Positions 37,577 through 45,875 of a DNA stretch of 56,966 nucleotides are shown here, one piece after another (position 1 is the first letter of the stretch; every line of letters starts with the position of its first letter). The DNA comes from Anaerolineales bacterium (lineage in GTDB: Bacteria > Chloroflexota > Anaerolineae > Anaerolineales > E44-bin32). The position numbers were made by a program, and so were the translations under genes. The stretch covers positions 1 through 56,966 of the forward strand of contig JAHFAU010000001.1 of NCBI GenBank assembly GCA_023250385.1. The letters run 5' to 3'. Below the pieces are notes generated by a model. That model saw only the letters and a list, made by a program, of their open reading frames with translations, was not told the origin of the DNA and did not search any database.

Positions 37577-39589
37577 CTACTCAATCAAGAACACAATCAA
37601 CTGGCGCGGACCGTGCACGCCCACCGTGAGGGTCATCTCGATATCGGCCGTTCGCGAGGGTCCGCTGATCAGCACGAGGTTGGAGGTCCCGGCGACATAG
37701 GCTGGGCCGACCGCCTGCAGCCAGCGCTCGAGATCAGGGTACACATCCTTCGACCGCAGCACCGCCAGGTGAGTTTCCGGCAGCAGCGAAGGCAGCAGCG
37801 ACCGGCGCGAACCTCCGGAGAGCACGAGCGTCCCGGTGTCGGCGAGGGCGGCGACCGCCCCAGTCAGTCCCACCTTAGCCTCGCCGAATGAGCGAAGGGC
37901 CGGCGTCCCCAGCGGACCCTCAGCAACCTCCGGTAGGACGACCGGAAAACCCTCCCGCTCCAGGCGCTGCAAAACTGTAAAGAGAATCGGCTCCACCGGA
38001 CCCCAGGACAACAATCGGCCGGCGCCCAAGACGTGCAGCTGGCCAACTATTCGATCCGCGGCCTCAAACTCCGCACAGCGGATCACCTCTCCACCCAGGT
38101 CCTTCAGCCTCGCTTCGAAGCTCGCGGGCCGATCTTCGGGTTCCACAACCTCCACGGTCGTGGTGGCCGCTTCCACCGGCTCGATTTCGGGGTGGCGCTC
38201 GCTCGCCGGCCGGCTCACCCTCCGAAGCCGCGAACGAAGCGGCCGACCGGAGAACGGTGGGAAGTCGCGGAATCGGGTCCACTCGGCCAACGGGCCGGGG
38301 AGCTGAGTGATCCAGCCGGCTCGGCGGGACAACAACCGGCCGCCCACCGCCGCGACCCGCTGTGCCCAGCGGAAACGGCTTGGCGAACGCGCTACCCAAC
38401 TGAACAGACGGATACCGCGGCCGAGCGGCTTCGGCTCGGACTGGGCCCGAACATCCAGCAGCAGGCCGGGAATGTCGATCCCTACCGGGCAGGCCTCCGT
38501 GCATGCGCCGCACAAGGTTGACGCTTGGGCGAGATGACCGTATTTCCGGATTCCAAACAGAGCAGGCGACAACACCGCCCCAATGGGTCCGGCGTACACG
38601 CTGTCATATGCGTGGCCACCGGCCTCGCGAAAAATCGGGCAAGCATTCAGGCAGGCGCCACAGCGGATGCACAGCAGCGCTTCCGCTGCCGCAGTATCTG
38701 CCAATCCTGAGCGGCCGTTGTCGACCAAAATCAGATGCCGTTCGCTGGGACCCTCAGGATCGCCCGGTCGGCGGGGAGAATGGATGAGCGACACGTAACT
38801 GCTGATTGACTGACCCGTCGCGAAGCGAGGCAAGAGGCGCAGCATCACCGCCAGGTCATCTAGCGTGGGGACCAGGCGCTCGATCCCCATCACGGCGATG
38901 TGCACCGGCGGAAGGGTGGCGACCATTCGGCCATTCCCCTCGTTCGTCACCAGGCACAAGGTTCCGGTTTCCGCCACACCGAAGTTAACGCCCGTGATCC
39001 CAACCGGAGCGCTGAGAAATACTTTCCGCAATCGGCCGCGGGCTTCGGCATTGATCTGCTCAACGTCGTCACCCAGGGTGACGCCAAGCCGGCTGCGGAA
39101 AGTCTCGGCGACGTCTTCAATGCTCAGGTGCAGGGCGGGGGTTAAGATATGCGACGGCTTCTCAGCTCTGAGCTGAACGATGTACTCGCCCAGGTCGGTT
39201 TCGACAGGCCGGATCCCGGCCGCCTCCAGGGCGGCGTTCAGGCCGATCTCCTCGGTCAGCATCGACTTTGACTTGGCCACCAACTCGGCCTTATGCCGCC
39301 GGACGATTTCCAGAATCAGCCGATTGGCCGCTGCCGCGTTGGCTGCTCGCTGGATCTGGATCCCGTTCTCAGCCAACCTGGTTGCGAACTTCTCCAGATA
39401 GGCCTCAAGCCCGAACACCACTTGCTGGCGGATCGTGCGGGCCCGTTGACGCAATTCGGCTGCATCGGGGAGTTCCTGCAGCGCTTCAATCCGAGCTCGC
39501 TGGCGGGCATCGGCATTCTGGTCAAGCAGTCGCTGCAGTTGGGAATCGGCGATTGCCGATCGAGCGCGCTCTCGGAAGGCTAGTGTCAC
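37577..39589 (-). CDS. LutB-LutC fusion (lactate-utilisation Fe-S protein fused to a LUD domain)
   Basis: GTG 39589 overlaps the lutA stop (GTGA). The N-terminal ~470 aa are LutB-like, with two 4Fe-4S motifs (CIRCGACLNACP, CGACTEACP). The C-terminal ~200 aa form a LUD/LutC domain ending GPSRTADIE...HGPR. Confidence 0.8.
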   Translation of the reverse strand: MTLAFRERARSAIADSQLQRLLDQNADARQRARIEALQELPDAAELRQRARTIRQQVVFGLEAYLEKFATRLAENGIQIQRAANAAAANRLILEIVRRHKAELVAKSKSMLTEEIGLNAALEAAGIRPVETDLGEYIVQLRAEKPSHILTPALHLSIEDVAETFRSRLGVTLGDDVEQINAEARGRLRKVFLSAPVGITGVNFGVAETGTLCLVTNEGNGRMVATLPPVHIAVMGIERLVPTLDDLAVMLRLLPRFATGQSISSYVSLIHSPRRPGDPEGPSERHLILVDNGRSGLADTAAAEALLCIRCGACLNACPIFREAGGHAYDSVYAGPIGAVLSPALFGIRKYGHLAQASTLCGACTEACPVGIDIPGLLLDVRAQSEPKPLGRGIRLFSWVARSPSRFRWAQRVAAVGGRLLSRRAGWITQLPGPLAEWTRFRDFPPFSGRPLRSRLRRVSRPASERHPEIEPVEAATTTVEVVEPEDRPASFEARLKDLGGEVIRCAEFEAADRIVGQLHVLGAGRLLSWGPVEPILFTVLQRLEREGFPVVLPEVAEGPLGTPALRSFGEAKVGLTGAVAALADTGTLVLSGGSRRSLLPSLLPETHLAVLRSKDVYPDLERWLQAVGPAYVAGTSNLVLISGPSRTADIEMTLTVGVHGPRQLIVFLIE

Positions 39590-40314
39590 TTCAGCCCTGC
39601 TACCCGACCCACCAACAACTGCGCCAGATGGGCGCAGCGCACCGGTGACCCGGCCCGCCGTAGCCCGCCTTCGATCTGCATCAGACAGCTCACATCGCAT
39701 CCGGCGACGACCTCGACCCCGGAGCTCCGAATCCTTTCGAGGGTCCGCTCGAGCATCTCCCGTGAGATCTCCGGCATCTCGATCGAGAATATCCCGCCAA
39801 ACCCGCAGCACTCCGGACTCAATCGCTCGATCGAAGCATCTGCGATCGCTTCGAGCAGTCGAAGTGGCTGGCGGTCAACTCCGAGCCCCCTCAGCAGATG
39901 GCAAGAGGGGTGATAACCGATCAAGAGCGGGAGCGAGGCACCGAACTCGGCCACTAGCAACTGATCGACCAGGAACTCGCTAAACTCGTAGGTTCTTTCG
40001 GCCAGCCGCCGCGCTCGCCCGAGCTGATCGGGCAAATCCGCCAACAGCTCAGGGTAGCGGTGCCGGATCATCTCGGCACAGGAGCCGGAGGGGACCACCA
40101 CCACGTCCTCCGCGGCGAGGGCTTCCAAGGTCTGAAGCGCCAGCGCGCGCGCCTCGGCCCGCGAGCCGGCGTTGAGGGCCGGTTGGCCGCAGCAGGTCTG
40201 GCCCGGCGGAAACCAGGTCTCCACTCCGGCCCGGGTCAGCACTTCAACGACCGCTTCCCCGACCTCGGGAAACAAGCTATCCACCAGACAGGTGGCAAAT
40301 AGCTGTACCCTCAT
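39586..40314 (-). CDS. lutA: LutA-type (Fe-S)-binding CCG-domain protein
   Basis: MRVQLFATCLVD...GQTCCGQP...HPSCH...PECCGFGG. Confidence 0.85.
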   Translation of the reverse strand: MRVQLFATCLVDSLFPEVGEAVVEVLTRAGVETWFPPGQTCCGQPALNAGSRAEARALALQTLEALAAEDVVVVPSGSCAEMIRHRYPELLADLPDQLGRARRLAERTYEFSEFLVDQLLVAEFGASLPLLIGYHPSCHLLRGLGVDRQPLRLLEAIADASIERLSPECCGFGGIFSIEMPEISREMLERTLERIRSSGVEVVAGCDVSCLMQIEGGLRRAGSPVRCAHLAQLLVGRVAGLK

Positions 40315-40393
40315 CGCTATTGGTGCAAGGGCCTCGTTAATTTGGATTGGGTCTGAAACGGCAGGACCGCCGCGAAGTTGCGACGGTCCGCAG

Positions 40394-40468
40394 TCGGGGC
40401 GGGCGGATTCGAACCGCCGACCCCCTGCACCCCATGCAGGTGCGCTAACCGGGCTGCGCTACGCCCCG
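40394..40468 (-). tRNA. tRNA-Pro (anticodon GGG)
   Basis: I folded the 75-nt cloverleaf by hand: CGGGGCG/CGCCCCG acceptor, CCTGC-ATGGGGT-GCAGG anticodon arm with G37, GGCGG-TTCGAAT-CCGCC T arm. CCA is not encoded. Confidence 0.9.
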
Positions 40469-40503
40469 AAGTTTCTGGATGGATTATAGATGGGCCCGCT
40501 CGG

Positions 40504-41880
40504 CTATGGAAGGGCCGCCCCCGCGCCGAAATACCCGAGGACTCTGGCGGTGTGGCGCGCTCCCCGGACGAAGTTCTCGATGACGATGTTCTCATTCGGT
40601 GCGTGGGTGTTTGAACCTGGGTACCCGATCCCAGCTGTCGCAACGGGAACCCCGAGCCCATGGATGAACGCGTGATTGGGGCCGGAGCCTCCGACCATTG
40701 GACTGATCAATTGCGGAACGCCATAGACCTCGACTGCCGAATTGACGACAAGCTGCAAGAATGGATCGTCCGGATCCGTGCGGGCGGGGGGCTCGCTGCC
40801 CAATTCGCGGATTTCGACGTCTGGAAAGCCCTCGCCGTCCAGGTGGGCGCGCAGCTGCTCCAAGACTTCGCTGGGCCGCTGATCCGGGACCAGGCGAAAA
40901 TCAACCTTCGCGCTGGCTCGAGCCGGCAGCACGGTCTTACTGCCGGGCCCCTGATAACCGGCCGTCAATCCGCAGATGGTACAGGTCGGCACGAAAACTT
41001 GTTCTCGCATCAGGTCCAGGCCGCTTTCGATTCCCTTCAAGTACCTCTTGATCCCGTAGAACTCCCGAAAATGATCACTGGGGTCCGGGAGCTGCTCGAG
41101 CAGGCCGAGATCACGGGCGGTGGGCGGCACCACCCGATCGTAAAAGCCTGGCAGGCGAATCATTTCGTCCGACCCTTTGAGGGTGCGTAGCGCCCAAACC
41201 AATCGCCAGGCCGCGTTGGGGAAGATCGAGCCGCTCATGCCCGAGTGCGAGTCGCGGGTCGCAGTCTCTACGCTGAGTTCGACATAGCAAATGCCGCGCA
41301 TGCCCGCATCTTGAATGGGCGTACCTTCGTGATTGATCTCCCCAAACTCCCAGAGGCAGGCGTCGGCGGCCAGCAGCTTAGCATGCCGCTGCACGAACTC
41401 AGGCAGGTGGACGCTCCCGACCTCCTCCTCGCCTTCGATCACGAACTTCACGGAACACGGCAGCTCCCCTTCAACTTCGAGGAAAGCATCCAGCGCCGCC
41501 AGCCGACACTGGATGTGGCCCTTGTCGTCGCTTACGCCGCGAGCGAACAGCTGGCCATCGCGCCGGCTCGGTTCGAAGGGGGGCGTCGTCCACAATTCGA
41601 GCGGCTCCGCGGGCTGCACATCGTAATGGTTGTACAGCAGCAAGGTTCGGTCGCCCCGGCCGGACCGCTCGGCGAAAACGACCGGGTGCCCGTCGGTTGA
41701 CAGCACTTTGGTGTCGAAGCCTCTGGCCCGCAGCATCTCGGCCACCAGCCCGGCGCATTCTTGCATCCCCAATCCCTGGGCCGACACACTCGGTTGGGCA
41801 CATAGTCGGCCGAGCTCCGCGAGCGTGCTTTCAAGCTTGGTGTCGATTGCGCGATCAATCGCCTGCCAGTCGGTGAGCAT
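40504..41880 (-). CDS. M20-family metallopeptidase (dipeptidase/ArgE-DapE-like)
   Basis: PSVSAQG...LLLYNHYDVQP...RGVSDDKG...IEGEEE. I prefer ATG 41880 (MLTDWQAIDR...). The ORF-track start at 41952 comes from a CATG shared with the divergent gene. Confidence 0.85.
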   Translation of the reverse strand: MLTDWQAIDRAIDTKLESTLAELGRLCAQPSVSAQGLGMQECAGLVAEMLRARGFDTKVLSTDGHPVVFAERSGRGDRTLLLYNHYDVQPAEPLELWTTPPFEPSRRDGQLFARGVSDDKGHIQCRLAALDAFLEVEGELPCSVKFVIEGEEEVGSVHLPEFVQRHAKLLAADACLWEFGEINHEGTPIQDAGMRGICYVELSVETATRDSHSGMSGSIFPNAAWRLVWALRTLKGSDEMIRLPGFYDRVVPPTARDLGLLEQLPDPSDHFREFYGIKRYLKGIESGLDLMREQVFVPTCTICGLTAGYQGPGSKTVLPARASAKVDFRLVPDQRPSEVLEQLRAHLDGEGFPDVEIRELGSEPPARTDPDDPFLQLVVNSAVEVYGVPQLISPMVGGSGPNHAFIHGLGVPVATAGIGYPGSNTHAPNENIVIENFVRGARHTARVLGYFGAGAALP

Positions 41881-41886
41881 GGGCTG

Positions 41887-41892
41887 ATTATA
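41887..41892 (-). promoter_or_regulatory. -10-like TATAAT placed 6 nt upstream of the M20 ATG (leaderless geometry)
   Basis: The minus strand reads TATAAT-cagccc-ATG with no SD. Confidence 0.35.
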
Positions 41893-41934
41893 GTCGTAGC
41901 AGAGACGACGTTCGCATTCTGCTTGGATCGAATC

Positions 41935-41940
41935 TATAAT
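41935..41940 (+). promoter_or_regulatory. -10-like TATAAT placed 10 nt upstream of the cyclase ATG
   Basis: TTCGCA-N18-TATAAT-ccgcggcttc-ATG with no SD. Confidence 0.35.
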
Positions 41941-41950
41941 CCGCGGCTTC

Positions 41951-42583
41951 ATGCGGATCTACGATGTCTCGGTTGGAATCTCGCCGGAGATTCCGGTCTG
42001 GCCCGGGGACCCGCCGGTCCGTCTCGAACGCACCCAGTCGATGGACGCCGGGGCCCATGCCAATGTCTCGCGTTTCGAGGCCGGAGTTCATGTCGGAACC
42101 CATATCGACGCGCCGCTTCATTTCATTCGAGGTGGCCGCAGCATTGAGGCAATTCCGCTCAAGTCTTTAATCGGCCGGGCCTACGTTGTCGAGTTGAAGC
42201 GGGCAGAAGTCTTGGACGCCTCCACGTTAGAGGGCGCCGGGATCCCACCCCGGACTCGTCGGCTGTTGTTCAAGACCCGCAACTCCGAGTTTTGGACGAA
42301 AGGCGAACGAAAGTTTCGGCGTGACTTTGTCGCCGTCGATCCCAGCGGGGCGCAATGGATGGTTCGCAAGGGGGTCCGATTGGTAGGGGTCGACTATCTC
42401 TCCGTGGCCCCGTTTGGTGACGGAGCGCCTACCCATCGGATTCTGCTGGAGGCCGGGGTAGTGATTGTCGAAGGATTGAACCTGACCGGGGTGGCCCAAG
42501 GCCGCTACTCGATCTACTGCCTCCCGCTCAAGCTTATCGGAAGCGACGGCGCGCCGGCCCGGGTGATTCTGGTCGGCGTCTGA
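41951..42583 (+). CDS. Cyclase-family protein (arylformamidase/kynurenine formamidase-like)
   Basis: HVGTHIDAPLHF motif; 210 aa. Confidence 0.85.
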   Translation: MRIYDVSVGISPEIPVWPGDPPVRLERTQSMDAGAHANVSRFEAGVHVGTHIDAPLHFIRGGRSIEAIPLKSLIGRAYVVELKRAEVLDASTLEGAGIPPRTRRLLFKTRNSEFWTKGERKFRRDFVAVDPSGAQWMVRKGVRLVGVDYLSVAPFGDGAPTHRILLEAGVVIVEGLNLTGVAQGRYSIYCLPLKLIGSDGAPARVILVGV

Positions 42584-42613
42584 GCCGCCCGGCCGCCAGA
42601 CCCCGCCCGATCC

Positions 42614-43501
42614 TTGATTTCGCTCAAAGGCATCTTCCCTCCAATCCCGACCCCCTTCGACTCCGACGAAGCGATCGACTTCGACCGGCTCAAATCGAAT
42701 CTCGCCCGTTGGAACGGCTGGCCGCTTGACGGGTACGTGGTAGCCGGATCGACCGGAGAGTCGGTCTCGCTGAGCGGCACCGAGCGAGTCGATCTGGTGC
42801 GGGCGGTCCGCTCGGTCCTACCACGTGGGAAGCTGTTGATCGCGGGGGCGGGTCTGGAGTCAACCCGCGCCACGATCGAGTTGGTCGGGCGGATGGCAGA
42901 TGCCGGCGCGGACGCGGTGATCGTCGTTACCCCGGGCTACTTTGCCCCCAGCGTCAGGCCAGCCGGATTGGTGGCGCACTACCGCGCTATCGCCGCGGCC
43001 TCGAGCCTCCCGGTCATCCTCTACAGTGTTCCGGTCTATACCCATCTGGATCTGCCCATCGAGGTGGTTCGGGAACTCGCGGCATACCCGAAGGTGGTCG
43101 GAATCAAGGAGAGCGGCGGGAGCCTGGCCAAGATTACCTCGCTCGTTGATCAGACACCGCAGGATTTTCAAGTGCTGGTCGGGTCCGCCGGGCTGCTGCT
43201 CGGAGCGCTTATGGTCGGGGCGGTCGGCTGCGTCCCGGCGCTCGGCAACCTGGCAACGAGCCAGATCCATGATTTGATGAGCGCGGTTCAACGTGGTGAG
43301 CTGGCCCTGGCCAGAGAGATTCAGGCGAAGCTGGTCGAGCCGAACGAGTTGCTGACGGTCCGCTTCGGGGTCGCCGGGGTCAAGGCCGCCCTGGATCTGG
43401 TCGGTCTTTATGGGGGACCGCCGCGCTCGCCCCTGCAGCAGCTCGATGAAGCTGAATTGGCCATTTTGCGCGCCGGGCTCGGGCGGGGCGGACTGATTTA
43501 G
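42614..43501 (+). CDS. DapA-family (dihydrodipicolinate synthase-like) aldolase
   Basis: MISLKGIFPPIPTPF...GYVVAGSTGE...YSVP...GIKES. TTG start. Confidence 0.8.
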   Translation: MISLKGIFPPIPTPFDSDEAIDFDRLKSNLARWNGWPLDGYVVAGSTGESVSLSGTERVDLVRAVRSVLPRGKLLIAGAGLESTRATIELVGRMADAGADAVIVVTPGYFAPSVRPAGLVAHYRAIAAASSLPVILYSVPVYTHLDLPIEVVRELAAYPKVVGIKESGGSLAKITSLVDQTPQDFQVLVGSAGLLLGALMVGAVGCVPALGNLATSQIHDLMSAVQRGELALAREIQAKLVEPNELLTVRFGVAGVKAALDLVGLYGGPPRSPLQQLDEAELAILRAGLGRGGLI

Positions 43502-43503
43502 TG

Positions 43504-43592
43504 GGCAGCCCCTTGGGCTAGGCCGAATTCATCTGGCCAGGCAGCCCGTTGGACAGGGCCGAACTGATCGAGCCAGGCAGCCCGTCCGGCCA
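43504..43592. repeat. About 2.5 copies of a 36-bp direct repeat in a convergent intergenic region
   Basis: GGCCGAATTCATCTGGCCAGGCAGCCCGT (43521-) aligns with GGCCGAACTGATCGAGCCAGGCAGCCCGT (43557-). GGCAGCCC recurs at 43504, 43540 and 43576. Confidence 0.6.
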
Positions 43593-43601
43593 GCCACCGC
43601 T

Positions 43602-44975
43602 TTAGAGCTGACCGCTGCGGCCCCAGTTTGCAAGCATTTCCTGGTAGTCCGGATCGTCGTAGCGATCCAGCTGGAACCAACGGGCATAGGCCGGCAGCGC
43701 GCCTCCGGCGATGTGAGCCGCCAACAGCTCACCGCAAGCCGGGGAGGCCATGAGGCCATACCCGGAGAGGGCCGCGATCACCCAGCTTCCACCGACGGGC
43801 AAGGGTCCGACCAGGGGCCGGTTCTCCCTAGTCTTCGTGTAGTAGCCGCCGTCAACGAACGGCTTGGGCGGCGCCTCGAAGTAGGACCGCAGCTTCGGGA
43901 TCATCGTCGCCATGCCTCGTAAGGCAATCTCGGCAGCCTGCGGGTCGAAGACCAGCGGGAAGCTCGGCTCCACCGGATCCGTGTGATAAGTCCAGAGCAG
44001 CAAGATAATCGGGCTGTCGGATGGTCCTTCGGGCCGGCCGTGCACGCCGCGCGGGAATTCCTCCAACAGATGACGGCTCGCCGGTTCCCTCTCGAGCAAC
44101 TGCCGCTCCCTGTCTTGCCAAGGAAGCCGCTGGGGATCCGTCCAGATCAACAGGGGGGCGGAGCGCGGGAATGCGCCGAGCCGATCGTTGAACGCGACCT
44201 TGGCGTGCAGTTCGGAATACACCGGGAGCTCGACGCCCAGCAGGCTTGCGACGGGCTTGGCGAACGGACCCGCGGCATTTACGAAATGCCGAGCCGCGAC
44301 CCGGAGCGGTCCTTGGGCAGTCTCGATCTGCACCGCCTGCACCCGACTCTTCCGCTGCTCGATCCGGTCCAGCTTACCTGCCATAAGTCGAACACCGGCC
44401 GCGCGAGCCTTGTCGAGCATCAACTGGCCGAGCTGCTGAGCAGCGAACCACCCGGCCCGCCGGGCGTGCAGGACCGCAACGGTGGCTTCGCTGAGGTAGG
44501 GGAAATGCTGCTGGATCAGGCCGGTGTCCGTGATCAGGTCGGCCCCCGTCGGCTGGCCCTCGAACCCTGAGGCCGGCAGCGCCACATAGGGCGGGTCGTC
44601 CGGCCCGCCGCGGTGCTCGCGTAACGGGCCGGCGCCGAGCGCAGCGGCCTCCTGGCCTTGGGCTCGGAATTCCTCGATCCGAGTCGGATCGGCCGAGGCG
44701 AATAGATAACCGCGGCGGGTCAGGTTGAATGGATCCCCGTGGGCCCGGGCCAGCGACTCGAGGATGTCGATGCTGCGATTCATCAACCCCACCATCGCGT
44801 CTCCCGGCCCGGGCCACCAGTTCCGATAACACTCGGTGGATTTGTCACTGGTCAGCGAGAGCGGAGGCCGCTCATCCACCAACACCACGTCGGAGAGGCC
44901 GCGGCCTACCGCCAGGTGGTAGGCGGTAGAAATTCCTGCGATTCCTGCCCCGCAGATGACGACTTCAGCGGCCAT
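43602..44975 (-). CDS. FAD-dependent oxidoreductase (DAO family)
   Basis: MAAEVVICGAGIAGISTAYHL dinucleotide-binding motif; 457 aa. The start overlaps the folK 3' end by 11 nt. Confidence 0.8.
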   Translation of the reverse strand: MAAEVVICGAGIAGISTAYHLAVGRGLSDVVLVDERPPLSLTSDKSTECYRNWWPGPGDAMVGLMNRSIDILESLARAHGDPFNLTRRGYLFASADPTRIEEFRAQGQEAAALGAGPLREHRGGPDDPPYVALPASGFEGQPTGADLITDTGLIQQHFPYLSEATVAVLHARRAGWFAAQQLGQLMLDKARAAGVRLMAGKLDRIEQRKSRVQAVQIETAQGPLRVAARHFVNAAGPFAKPVASLLGVELPVYSELHAKVAFNDRLGAFPRSAPLLIWTDPQRLPWQDRERQLLEREPASRHLLEEFPRGVHGRPEGPSDSPIILLLWTYHTDPVEPSFPLVFDPQAAEIALRGMATMIPKLRSYFEAPPKPFVDGGYYTKTRENRPLVGPLPVGGSWVIAALSGYGLMASPACGELLAAHIAGGALPAYARWFQLDRYDDPDYQEMLANWGRSGQL

Positions 44976-45501
44976 GCGGGCGGTGAGCAGCCAGCAGCCG
45001 CTTCAATTGTTCACTTAAGTCTGAACGCCGCACCAGATTTGACCCTGCTCGCAGGCGATTCGCGATCTCACCCAGTGTCTTGTCAAGCTCAGGGTGGCGG
45101 AAGTCGGGAGCTAATTCTGCGAGGGGAATCGCCAGATAAGCTAGCCGGCCAATCTCGGGATCCGGGATCTGGAACCCAGGGCCGCTCAGGCGTTGATTCC
45201 CAAAGAGTGACAGATCGAGGTCAATGGTCCGTGGCGCATCCTTGTCGCGGGTCCGGACCCGGCCCAGGTCGGCTTCAATCTTTCGCAGCTCGGCTTGCAG
45301 TTCGGCAGGAGGGAGCTCTACCTCGAGCAGCGCGGCCGCGTTCAGGAAGTCCGGCTGCGGTCGCCCGCCAATTGCCGGATTTTGATAGACCCCCGATACC
45401 CCGCGCAGGTTCCCGAGCTGCCGCAGTCGCTCGACTGCCTGAGGCAGATGGTGTTCGGGATCGAGGTTTGAGCCAATGCTGATGAAGGCCAGTTCACCCA
45501 G
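44965..45501 (-). CDS. folK: 2-amino-4-hydroxy-6-hydroxymethyldihydropteridine pyrophosphokinase (HPPK); start codon unresolved
   Basis: Not in the ORF track. I translated the minus strand by hand: ...LAFISIGSNLDPEHHLPQAVERL...VYQNPAIGGRPQPDFLNAAALLE...LGRVRTRDKDAPRTIDLDLSLFG...IPDPEI..LAYLAIPLAEL..., ending at TGA 44967-44965. There is no in-frame ATG, GTG or TTG until near the 3' end. CTG 45501 or 45492 are the only nearby candidates. Confidence 0.8.
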   Translation of the reverse strand: MGELAFISIGSNLDPEHHLPQAVERLRQLGNLRGVSGVYQNPAIGGRPQPDFLNAAALLEVELPPAELQAELRKIEADLGRVRTRDKDAPRTIDLDLSLFGNQRLSGPGFQIPDPEIGRLAYLAIPLAELAPDFRHPELDKTLGEIANRLRAGSNLVRRSDLSEQLKRLLAAHRPHGR

Positions 45502-45874
45502 TGCCGTCGGCCTCTCTTTCGATCTCCACTCCCACTGAGCGGGCGAACCGCAGCGCGCCGGGTTTCTCTACTCGAACCCGAGCGCGCCGCACTCCGGGCT
45601 CGGAGAGACAGATCGCCGCGATATCGGCCGCTAGTGCTTCCAGCGTGAACCGCTGAGTGCCTTCCACATGGGCGATGATCTTCTTGGCGACCGTCCGGTA
45701 GTTGACTGTGTCTGCGAGGTCGTCGGTCCGGCCGGCTCGGCTCAGATCTGTACTGAGGGCGACGTTAACCAGGATGTCTTGTTCGGCTTCCCGCTCCCAG
45801 TCGTTGACTCCGATAATCCCGCGCACGAGCAAATCTTTGATCACGATCGAGTCGGTTGGCAGCTTGGAGTTCAT
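45494..45874 (-). CDS. folB: Dihydroneopterin aldolase
   Basis: IVIKDLLVRGIIGVNDWEREAEQDILVNVAL...DTVNYRTVAKKI...TLEALAADIA. The start is 1 nt after the upstream SDR stop. Confidence 0.9.
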   Translation of the reverse strand: MNSKLPTDSIVIKDLLVRGIIGVNDWEREAEQDILVNVALSTDLSRAGRTDDLADTVNYRTVAKKIIAHVEGTQRFTLEALAADIAAICLSEPGVRRARVRVEKPGALRFARSVGVEIEREADGTG

Positions 45875-45875
45875 T

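Noticed and set aside
39590-39811. A 74-aa N-terminal extension of the LutB ORF, and similar extensions at 41881-41952 (M20), 8439-8486 (kdpE) and 48439-48486 (tkt).
   Set aside because: Each extension overlaps the upstream or divergent gene. Internal starts in ATGA/GTGA coupling, or with -10/RBS signals, fit the family N-termini better.
40317-40675. ORFs overlapping tRNA-Pro and the M20 3' end (40317-40661 minus, 40378-40614 plus, 40490-40675 plus).
   Set aside because: They span a tRNA gene or lie antisense to, or in alternative frames of, the peptidase gene. They have no RBS and no recognisable domains.
43504-43592. The 36-bp direct repeats as a CRISPR array.
   Set aside because: There are only about 2.5 contiguous degenerate copies with no spacers, no cas genes and no palindromic repeat structure.
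44739-45482. A 247-aa plus-strand ORF covering the folK region.
   Set aside because: It is antisense to a frame with clear HPPK motifs, and its composition is low-complexity Arg/Gly/Pro/Ser. The real gene is on the minus strand.
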